Source of the DNA: Candidatus Limnocylindrales bacterium
Lineage (GTDB): Bacteria; Chloroflexota; Limnocylindria; Limnocylindrales; CSP1-4
DNA length: 28,609 nucleotides
Direction: 5' to 3'
NCBI GenBank assembly: GCA_036385235.1
Contig: DASVKT010000325.1
Location: 1 to 28,609 of the forward strand
The notes beneath the pieces were generated by a model that saw only the letters and a list, made by a program, of their open reading frames with translations, ran no database searches and was not told the origin of the DNA. The position numbers and the translations under genes were made by a program. Positions 18,180 through 25,301 of this stretch are shown piece by piece (the stretch's first letter is position 1; each line of letters opens with the position of its first letter).

Positions 18180-18599
18180 ATGACTCGACTGACCAGCTGG
18201 CTGAAGCCCTCGACCACAGCCTACGCTCATTGCGACGTGCCATGCGGTATCTACGACCCGCACCAGGCGGAGCTTGCCGCCCGCACGGTCGCCCGCATGG
18301 TGGAACTGATCGGCCAGATCCCGGCCGGCAGCACCGAGTTGGCGGACCGCCAGAAGTTCGTCCGCTGCGTGGCCATCAAGGAACAGCACGCCGAGATCGT
18401 GAAGCACGAGATCCAGGTCATCTGGAGCGACTACTTCAAGCCGGAGCATGTCGAGCGTTACCCGGACCTGCACGACCGCGCCTGGAAAATCCTCAAGCTC
18501 GCGAGCAAGAACAAGCAGAACATCGACGCTGCTGCCGCCGCCGAGCTGGAGACCGCGGTCAAAGAGTTCGCCGACATCTTCTGGTCGACCAAGAAATAG
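18180..18599 (+). CDS. sodN: Nickel superoxide dismutase precursor
   Basis: Ni-hook HCDVPCGIYDP follows a 16-aa leader. Also KEQHAEIVK, IWSDYFKP and FADIFWSTK. GGGAGGAG RBS before ATG 18180. Confidence 0.97.
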   Translation: MTRLTSWLKPSTTAYAHCDVPCGIYDPHQAELAARTVARMVELIGQIPAGSTELADRQKFVRCVAIKEQHAEIVKHEIQVIWSDYFKPEHVERYPDLHDRAWKILKLASKNKQNIDAAAAAELETAVKEFADIFWSTKK

Positions 18600-18621
18600 C
18601 CGACCGAAGAGAACGATCGAG

Positions 18622-19188
18622 ATGAACGAGACGCCGGAGGACAGCCCTCCGGCGTTCTCCTTTTCCGAACCGGCGGAGGCGGGCCTGGGGCCTCAGGACG
18701 CCTCTGGTCCGTTGCCCCGCGCAACGAGTCGGGGATTGCCCAAGCTCCTCGCCACGTGGCTCAGAGCCCGTCGTGGGACGTGGCGCGTAGCCGTCGCCGA
18801 GGAGAGCATGGCTCCTGCGCTCGCCTCCGGGGACTGGCTGCTCATCGATCCAACCTGCGATCGCTGGCCGCGGCGAGACAGCATCGTCGTCTTCCACGAA
18901 CCCGAGACCGGCATCCTGGCCGTCAAGCGCGTGGCCGCTCGGCCCGGAGACCGGATCCGGATCGCCGCCGGCATTCTCCGCCTGGGCCCGGACGAGGCCT
19001 GGCTCCTCGGCGACAACGAGGCAGTGTCTCTGGATTCACGGCGCTACGGGCCGGTGCCGCTGGAGGCGCTGGCGGGGCGGGCGTGGTTCCGCTACGGGCC
19101 GGTGTCACTCGAGAGGCTGGCCGAGCGAGCGTGGTTCCGCTACGGGCCGAATCTGGGCCGGATCGGGAGGCTTGGCCGGCGCGGCTGA
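18622..19188 (+). CDS. sodX: Nickel-SOD maturation protease (peptidase S26-like)
   Basis: Catalytic Ser (ESMAP) and Lys (VKRV), GDN..S.DSR.YGPV motif, directly downstream of sodN. Confidence 0.88.
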   Translation: MNETPEDSPPAFSFSEPAEAGLGPQDASGPLPRATSRGLPKLLATWLRARRGTWRVAVAEESMAPALASGDWLLIDPTCDRWPRRDSIVVFHEPETGILAVKRVAARPGDRIRIAAGILRLGPDEAWLLGDNEAVSLDSRRYGPVPLEALAGRAWFRYGPVSLERLAERAWFRYGPNLGRIGRLGRRG

Positions 19189-19200
19189 CGGCGCAGCGCT

Positions 19201-19278
19201 GCGAGGCGCCGCCCAGTGCCCTCGTTGCGAGGCGCCGCCCAGTGCCGTCGTTGCGAGGCGCCGCCCAGTGCCCTCGTT
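19201..19278. repeat. 26-bp tandem repeat x3
   Basis: gcgaggcgccgcccagtgcc(c/g)tcgtt at 19201, 19227 and 19253. Confidence 0.9.
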
Positions 19279-19289
19279 GCGGCCTATGT

Positions 19290-19502
19290 CGCACATTTTC
19301 GGTGGCACCGAATGGCAACGCGCCGCAATGCACGCTCGAAGGCCCAAAGAACACTCCTGCCGCTGCCTCAAGGGCGAATTGGGCACGTTTTGCCGCCGGC
19401 AGATTGACGTCCGCGGGGCGCTTCCCGCCGAACGGAGTGCCGTTTCCGGGCCCCGAAACTCCCCGGATCGCCTTCCAGTTTCGGTGTAGCCGAAAAGTTG
19501 CG
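19290..19502. mobile_element. ~213-bp inverted-repeat-bounded intergenic element
   Basis: 19290-19312 cgcacattttcggtggcaccgaa matches the reverse complement of 19480-19502 at 18/23. Each arm holds a ttcgg..ccgaa hairpin. Confidence 0.45.
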
Positions 19503-19957
19503 CGAGAGATCAGCCTCAGGCCGGCAGCCGGCCGCCGGTCCCGGCCGGCCCCGACGGCGCTGACCTTGCCGACCTCTGCCCGCGCCGCGGGGCCGCGTCC
19601 TTCGATTTAGCCGTCAGGCGACTCGTATCGTGCCGAACCGGCCGCCGACCTGCGGTTTTGCCATCACGCGAGTGTTATCCAGCCGCGACGCCAGAGCCGG
19701 CGCCCCGAGAGCCTGAGAACGTGGCCGGTCAGCAGGTTTCCACGCTCAGCTGCCGGCGTGGGAGCGTCACCAAAGTGCGAATCGGCCGTGGACTGCCGCG
19801 CCGAGCTAGATACCACTCGTGTGGCGAATATCGCAGCGAGATCGCCGGCCCTGGCTCCGGCGCCGACCCGGCGGCGTCGATGCAACCCGTCCTGGATCTG
19901 CCGAGAGCCACGCCGACCGCCGCTCCGAGCCAGCGTCAGCTCCCCGCCGCCCGCCCC

Positions 19958-20911
19958 TCAGACCCGCCCAATTAGCTCCCGCGCGGCCAGTTCGATCATG
20001 GCGTGATCGCGCGGCAGCATGTCCTGGAGCATCACCCGCTCCACGCCCGCGGCGGCGAAGCGGGTGACCATCGCTCGGGCCTGTTCCGGCGTGCCGATGA
20101 TCCACCTGGGCCGGCGCGCCTCCAGCCACGTGCCCGTATCCGCACCGCCCACACCGATCATCTCCAACTGGTCGCGCACCCGCCTCTGGAACTCGGCCTC
20201 GTCGGCGCCGAGAAGCACTCCCGCCATCACGGACCGGCGCACCGTCGCGGGATCGCGGCCGATCTTCCGGCACTCCTCGTCCAGCCGGGCGAACGCGGCG
20301 GCACACTCCTCCGGCCCGGAGCTGGACATGTTGTACTCGTCGGCGTATCGGGCGGCCAGTCGCAGCGAGCGCGGGCTCCCCTCCCCGCCCACGATGATCG
20401 GCGGATGGGGCCGCTGCACCGGCTTGGGATTGAACGAGGCGGACTCGATGCGCACCTGGCGACCTTCGAAGGACCAGCCGTCCGGCTCCTCCCAGAGGCC
20501 GTGGAGGATCGCCAGTTCGTCCTCCATAAGATCGGCCCGCTCGCGGATCTCGGGGAACGCCAGGCCGAGCTGACTGTGTTCGGCCTCATTCCAGCCGGCA
20601 CCGACGCCGACGTCCACTCGGCCGCCACTCATCTCGTCGGCCGTGGTCACGACCTTGGCAAAGGATCCGGGGTGCCGGAACGTCACCGGCGACACAAGCG
20701 CACCCAGCCGGATGGTGGTCGTCTCGCGAGCAATTCCGGCCAGAACCGTCCAGGCGTCGGTGGTCGGTTTGTCGGCCGGGCCGGGGAAGCTTCGATAGTG
20801 GTCAGACCTGAAGAAGGCCTCGAAGCCAAGGCGCTCGGCCAGGCGGGCCAACTCGAGTTGCTCGGCATAGGACAGGCCTTGTTGCGGCTCGATCATCAAC
20901 GCAAAGAGCAT
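19958..20911 (-). CDS. LLM-class, probably F420-dependent, oxidoreductase
   Basis: MIEPQQG, FRSDHY, DAWTVLAGIARET..IRLGALVSPVTFRHPG, GVGAGWNEAEH and PPIIVGG. GGAGG RBS before ATG 20911. Confidence 0.9.
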   Translation of the reverse strand: MLFALMIEPQQGLSYAEQLELARLAERLGFEAFFRSDHYRSFPGPADKPTTDAWTVLAGIARETTTIRLGALVSPVTFRHPGSFAKVVTTADEMSGGRVDVGVGAGWNEAEHSQLGLAFPEIRERADLMEDELAILHGLWEEPDGWSFEGRQVRIESASFNPKPVQRPHPPIIVGGEGSPRSLRLAARYADEYNMSSSGPEECAAAFARLDEECRKIGRDPATVRRSVMAGVLLGADEAEFQRRVRDQLEMIGVGGADTGTWLEARRPRWIIGTPEQARAMVTRFAAAGVERVMLQDMLPRDHAMIELAARELIGRV

Positions 20912-21001
20912 GAGATCCTCCGGCGCGGGACTTGATTCCTGGCCCGATTCAAGCTTAGTTTGGACCGATTGGAAGTTCCGGTGCGCGCGTGCACATTCTC
21001 G

Positions 21002-21030
21002 CTGCAAAAAGTCACTGACCAAGCTAGAAT
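21002..21030 (+). promoter_or_regulatory. Sigma70-like promoter for a candidate sRNA
   Basis: ctgcaa (21002-21007), 17-nt spacer, TAGAAT (21025-21030). Confidence 0.5.
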
Positions 21031-21036
21031 TTGCGC

Positions 21037-21134
21037 GTTCCATCGGATAGGGGCCCGGTGGACCCAAACGGCGTCAAAACGATTTGCACATCCCTTGGCG
21101 GGCCGGACCCCCCTCACCGGCCCGCCTTTTCTTT
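21037..21134 (+). ncRNA. Candidate ~100-nt small RNA
   Basis: Lies between a promoter-like motif and an intrinsic terminator, contains no ORF, and sits in a divergent intergenic region. Confidence 0.4.
21097..21134 (+). terminator. Rho-independent terminator with a six-C loop
   Basis: Perfect 10-bp stem ggcgggccgg/ccggcccgcc, loop acccccctca, tail ttttcttt. Confidence 0.8.
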
Positions 21135-21186
21135 GCCCGGCAGCAGGCGGCGCATCGCGTGGGCCAGCGTTGCTGGCACGTTGTCG

Positions 21187-21336
21187 CCTGCGGTACTCGC
21201 TCACACACCCTCAGGTGTGCTCGCTCCGCTCCTCTGCTCCGCCTAGCGCTGCACACGCCGGCTGTCGGGCTGAGGCGAGTGGCGTTCCGGCCGAGGCCGA
21301 TGCGCTTCGTTGGCTCCTGCGGTCCTCGCTCACACA
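21187..21336. repeat. Pair of REP-like direct repeats
   Basis: cctgcggt(a/c)ctcgctcacaca at 21187-21207 and 21316-21336 (20/21 identical). The first is followed by a cacac..gtgtg hairpin. Confidence 0.6.
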
Positions 21337-21435
21337 TATGCGGGTCCTCGTCGCCGCCTCGGCCTCAAGCCAAGCTTGCTTGGCTCGCCGTCGGACGGCG
21401 ACCCATCCCTGGGGACTCCACGGCATACTTGCTCC

Positions 21436-22533
21436 ATGCCCGACAAATTGAGCCCGCCCAATCCATCGCTGAGCGACGGCGTCATCACCCTGCGGCCGTA
21501 TCGCGCCGAAGACGCAACGGCCATCGCAGCCGCCTGCCAGGACACCGAGATTCCGCGCTGGATTCCGATCATCCCCGTGCCGTACACGCTGGATGATGCT
21601 CGCCATTTCATCCTGATGACGCTCCAGGCCTGGCATGACGGCTCGGGCTATGAGTTTGCCGTCACGGACGCGAGCACGGATCAATACGCCGGATCGATCG
21701 GCGTGCATCTGGGCCCCAATCCGCGACGCCATTCGGTGGGCTATCTGATCGCCCCGCACGCGCGAAGGCGCGGCTACGCGACGCGCGCCCTGCGCCTGCT
21801 CACTCGCTGGGGCTTTGCCGAACTGGGAATTGAGCGCCTGGCGCTCTGGACCCTGGTCGGAAACACAGCCTCGCAGACCGTGGCAGAGAGAGCGGGATTC
21901 CGATACGAGGGCCTCGCCCGTAATTGGGAATTGGATCGAGACGACACGCCGATCGACATGGTCATGTTCTCAATGACCCCTGAGGATCTGGCCGACGCGA
22001 TTGCGGCGGAGGCACAGGCCGCTATGGCGGCCGCAAGGGGCGAGGCCACGACCCCGATCGCCGAGGTTCCGCGCGATCTCTGGGCCGTCGGCGTCAGGAC
22101 GGCGCCGTTTGTGGAGATCGCCGACGTGGCGGACCTCAGACCCGGCTCCATGCGCAGAGTGACCAGGGCGGATCTGGACCTTCTGGTCGCCTGGATCGAC
22201 GGCGGCATCGTGGTCACAGACGACCACTGCCCACACATGGCGGCGCCGCTGAGCGTCGGGTCGCTGGACGGCTGCATCGTTGCCTGCCCGCTGCACGAAG
22301 GCCGCTTCGACCTGAGCACCGGCGAAACGGCCCAGATGCCCACGACGGGCGGCCTGGACGCAGACGGGGCATACCACGGTCCGTGGTCGCCCAGCGGCGC
22401 GGAACTAAAGCCCGAAGCCACGTCCAAGAAGCTCGAAGCGCGCCGCCTTACCCGCGTCAACCGCCTCCGCTACTATCCCGCCCGAATCCGCGACGGCAAG
22501 CTGGAAGCCCAACTACCGATCATTCCCGAGTAG
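21436..22533 (+). CDS. RimJ/RimL-type GNAT N-acetyltransferase fused to a Rieske [2Fe-2S] domain
   Basis: GNAT motifs ITLRPY, VGYLIAPHARRRGYAT and NTASQTVAERAGF. Rieske CPH...CPLHEGRFDLSTGE in the same ORF. ATG lies 6 nt after CATACT. Confidence 0.82.
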   Translation: MPDKLSPPNPSLSDGVITLRPYRAEDATAIAAACQDTEIPRWIPIIPVPYTLDDARHFILMTLQAWHDGSGYEFAVTDASTDQYAGSIGVHLGPNPRRHSVGYLIAPHARRRGYATRALRLLTRWGFAELGIERLALWTLVGNTASQTVAERAGFRYEGLARNWELDRDDTPIDMVMFSMTPEDLADAIAAEAQAAMAAARGEATTPIAEVPRDLWAVGVRTAPFVEIADVADLRPGSMRRVTRADLDLLVAWIDGGIVVTDDHCPHMAAPLSVGSLDGCIVACPLHEGRFDLSTGETAQMPTTGGLDADGAYHGPWSPSGAELKPEATSKKLEARRLTRVNRLRYYPARIRDGKLEAQLPIIPE

Positions 22534-22540
22534 CGCGCGC

Positions 22541-22673
22541 CGGGCGGGGCGGGCCGGGCGGGGCGGGGCGGGGCGAGCGGGCCGGAGCGGGCCGGGTCGG
22601 GGCGGGTCGGAGCGAGCGAGCGGGCCGGAGCGGGGCGGGGCGGACCGGAGCGGGGCGGGTCGGGCCGGGGCGG
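22541..22673 (+). repeat. G-rich low-complexity tract of (GGGC/GGGGC/GGAGC)-like units
   Basis: About 130 bp consisting mostly of short G runs, directly after the GNAT-Rieske stop codon. Confidence 0.8.
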
Positions 22674-22691
22674 CACCCGTGGGCTCCAGAA

Positions 22692-22883
22692 CTTGCCGAA
22701 TTCACATCGGAACGACATCAAGCAGGCCTGTGGCGACCCGCCCGACGATTCCGCACGCGTTCCGGGGCTCAAATCGGCAAATCTGAGCGTGAGACGGGCA
22801 CGTTCAACTGCACTTACCGTCGTGGCCGGGGCTGCGACCGGCTTGAATCACGCCTCATGTCCACCTGATGTGAATCCGGCAAG
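22692..22883. mobile_element. ~192-bp inverted-repeat-bounded intergenic element
   Basis: 22692-22723 cttgccgaattcacatcggaacgacatcaagc matches the reverse complement of 22852-22883 at 25/32. Lies between convergent genes. Confidence 0.55.
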
Positions 22884-22968
22884 ATCCGCGCGCCCAGCGG
22901 CGCGGCGCCCTTTCCGGGGGAGCAGGGCCGGCGCCGGCGCGGCGCCGGGACAACGCGCGAGAAGAAGT

Positions 22969-23898
22969 CTACCGCTCCCCCACGGACCGCTCGTCCGCCT
23001 CGAACGCCTTCTCCGCCTCGGCGGCCCGTTGCGACGAACCGGCGGTGAGCCAGGCGCAAGCCTCGACCATGTCGTCCGTGCAGCGCATCAGATCCAGGTC
23101 TGCTGCATCGATCGCTCCACGCATGACGGCCTCGCGGCGGAGCCACTCGAGCAGGCCGCCCCAATACTCCAGCCCGACCAGCACCACCGGGAAGTGCCGG
23201 ATCTTGCCGGTCTGGATCAGTGTGAGCGACTCGAACAGTTCATCCAGCGTCCCGAAACCTCCGGGGAAGATCGCGAACCCGTCGGCATATTTCACGAACA
23301 TGACCTTGCGGGCAAAGAAGTAGCGGAACTCCACGCCGAGGTCCACGTACGGATTGGCCGACTGCTCGTGCGGAAGCTCTATGTTGCAGCCCACGGACAG
23401 CCCGCCCGCCTCGTGGCAGCCGCGGTTGGCCGCTTCCATGACGCCGGGGCCGCCGCCGGTGATGACCGCAAAACCCTCTTTGGCGAGGAGCCCGGCCAGT
23501 TCCCGGGCCTTGCCGTAGTACGGATCCCCTTCCGGGATGCGCGCCGATCCGAAGATCGTGACCGCCTTGCCAACCGCGGCCAGGGCATCGAAGCCTTCCA
23601 CGAACTCGGCCAGGATTCGCAGGGAGCGCCACGGGTCCGAATCCAGGAACGCCGGCCGGTGGCGCGGCGACAGGAGCCGCTCGTCCTCCGTCCGGGCATG
23701 GACCGTCAGCATCTCCTGGGCCTTGGCCTTGTAGGTCACCCGGCCGCTTCGGCGACGATCGTTGCCGTTGCCGTTGTGGTTGCCGTTGTGGTTGCCGTTG
23801 TGGGGCGTGCCGGCCCCGGCCGGCTCGCCGCCGGAGCGCGGACCCTTGTTCTGCATGCCGGCCCCATCCTTCTGCGTGTTCGTATCTGATCGTGACAT
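22969..23898 (-). CDS. LOG-family (TIGR00730-type) nucleotide phosphoribohydrolase
   Basis: VTIFGSAR, ITGGGPGVMEAANRG, FRYFFARKVMFVKYA and PGGFGTLDELFE motifs. Confidence 0.92.
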   Translation of the reverse strand: MSRSDTNTQKDGAGMQNKGPRSGGEPAGAGTPHNGNHNGNHNGNGNDRRRSGRVTYKAKAQEMLTVHARTEDERLLSPRHRPAFLDSDPWRSLRILAEFVEGFDALAAVGKAVTIFGSARIPEGDPYYGKARELAGLLAKEGFAVITGGGPGVMEAANRGCHEAGGLSVGCNIELPHEQSANPYVDLGVEFRYFFARKVMFVKYADGFAIFPGGFGTLDELFESLTLIQTGKIRHFPVVLVGLEYWGGLLEWLRREAVMRGAIDAADLDLMRCTDDMVEACAWLTAGSSQRAAEAEKAFEADERSVGER

Positions 23899-23971
23899 TG
23901 CGATCGCCTAGTCGTGCCGGGAGAGCATGCCACGACCGTCGCCGTCCCGTTCCGGACTCAGGAGTGATCGG

Positions 23972-24358
23972 CTACTTCTGCGGCACCGTGAGCCCCGCCG
24001 TGAGCCACGCCTTCCAGATGGCTTGCGCCGGCCCGGCCGTGAATGAGTTGCCGAACCGAACCAGGGGCAGGCGGATGAGGTTGTTGTTGGCGAGGAGCCG
24101 CTCCGCGATCTCGTCGTCGGCGAGGCGCATGTATGCCAGGCCGAGATCCTTGTAGGCGCGGCCTTCCGTGTCCAGCAGGGCCGATGCGCCGAGCCGCTCC
24201 ACAAATCGGCGCAGCTCACCAAGCGCGATCGGCTTGCGCTTCAGGTCCACGAACGTGACGGCCACGCGCCGCTCCTTGAAGAACCGCGTAGCGGCCTGCG
24301 TTGGGCGCGAGTCCACGATCCCGAACATCTGGACGGTGGGCGCCGGCGGAGTAGGCAT
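23972..24358 (-). CDS. ArsC/Spx/YffB-like thioredoxin-fold protein lacking cysteines
   Basis: Pattern of VQMFG...A.RFFKER, VDLKRKPI..GEL and LIRLPLVR. There is no Cys anywhere in the 128 aa. Confidence 0.7.
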   Translation of the reverse strand: MPTPPAPTVQMFGIVDSRPTQAATRFFKERRVAVTFVDLKRKPIALGELRRFVERLGASALLDTEGRAYKDLGLAYMRLADDEIAERLLANNNLIRLPLVRFGNSFTAGPAQAIWKAWLTAGLTVPQK

Positions 24359-24368
24359 CAGATGAAGG

Positions 24369-25214
24369 CTACGGCCGGGCCAGGCTCAGCAGGCCGACTA
24401 CGGGCAAGCACGACACGGCCAGAAGGACGCGGAAGACGTTGTCTGGGGTTGTGTTCCGAGCCACGAACCCGAGAGTGCTCGTACGGAGCATACCCAGCGA
24501 CCGGCGCGTGGCCGTCATGCTGGCGAGAACCGGCTCGCCACGGTCCACCGCCCGCCGCGCGCCTTCGATCGCCAGACTCGTCAGCTGACGGGAGCGCGCG
24601 TTTTCGTCGGGGATCTCCTCGGCCACAACGCGAACGCCGCCGAGGCCGTCCACGTGGGTCTCATCGAACGCCAGCATCTCTGCCCAGCGCGCATGGCGAG
24701 TTCGGTCGAGGGCGTCCTTCGGCGTCCACGCGTCAAGCTCCCGATGCGCAGAGGCGAGGTCGCCCAGCTGCCACAGGGCCGCAACCCGCAGCGACGCCGC
24801 CAGGCCGCCCCTCTTCTTACCCAATCGATCCAGAGTGGCCTCGGGGTCACCCGGCACGGATGCAAGGCCGTCGACTGCCTTCCACATGAGCCGAGCGTTA
24901 TCCAGGGACCAGGTACTCAGTTCTGCAACCGGACGGAACGGCCGGACCACAAAGAGATATTCCGCCCCAATATTCAGCGGCAGCATGATGGCCAGGATCC
25001 CAGCCCAGGCCACGACAAAGGCCGTGTTGCCCGGCATCACCCGCCAGAGTCCGGTGACGAAGGCAAGAGCCGCGATCCCCACATACCCGGCCAGAGCCAC
25101 GAACCGGACCCGGCGCACAATCCGCCTGAGTTCCTTTCGCTCTGTTCTGAGCGCGGCGCCGAGCGGATCGGGCCTCGGCGACACGCCAGGCGACACGGCG
25201 TTCGTTTGCGACAT
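24369..25214 (-). CDS. Uncharacterised membrane protein (two N-terminal TMs, helical soluble region, C-terminal TM), 281 aa; intact paralog of 27241-28093
   Basis: ATG 25214 with GGAGG RBS. Hydrophobic segments FVALAGYVGIAALAFV, FVVAWAGILAIMLPL and VFRVLLAVSCLPVVGLLSL. Collinear similarity to the broken copy. Confidence 0.75.
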   Translation of the reverse strand: MSQTNAVSPGVSPRPDPLGAALRTERKELRRIVRRVRFVALAGYVGIAALAFVTGLWRVMPGNTAFVVAWAGILAIMLPLNIGAEYLFVVRPFRPVAELSTWSLDNARLMWKAVDGLASVPGDPEATLDRLGKKRGGLAASLRVAALWQLGDLASAHRELDAWTPKDALDRTRHARWAEMLAFDETHVDGLGGVRVVAEEIPDENARSRQLTSLAIEGARRAVDRGEPVLASMTATRRSLGMLRTSTLGFVARNTTPDNVFRVLLAVSCLPVVGLLSLARP

Positions 25215-25301
25215 CAAGCCTCCAGAGTTATCCCTCCGCCAAAGTATCGGGCATCCTACGGCCGGGCGCGAAAACCGGCCGTAGCGGGATAGACTGGCCC
25301 A

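Noticed and set aside
19201-19278. 26-bp x3 repeat as a mini-CRISPR
   Set aside because: The units are directly adjacent with no spacers, and there are no cas genes in the window.
19503-19957. Short ORFs between the 19290 element and the LLM gene
   Set aside because: They have low-complexity Arg/Pro/Ala composition, no convincing RBS or promoter spacing, and no recognisable motif.
23761-23802. (NGNH/NHNG) repeat in the N-terminus of the LOG-family gene
   Set aside because: It is an in-frame low-complexity expansion in a disordered N-terminal extension with no evidence of function.
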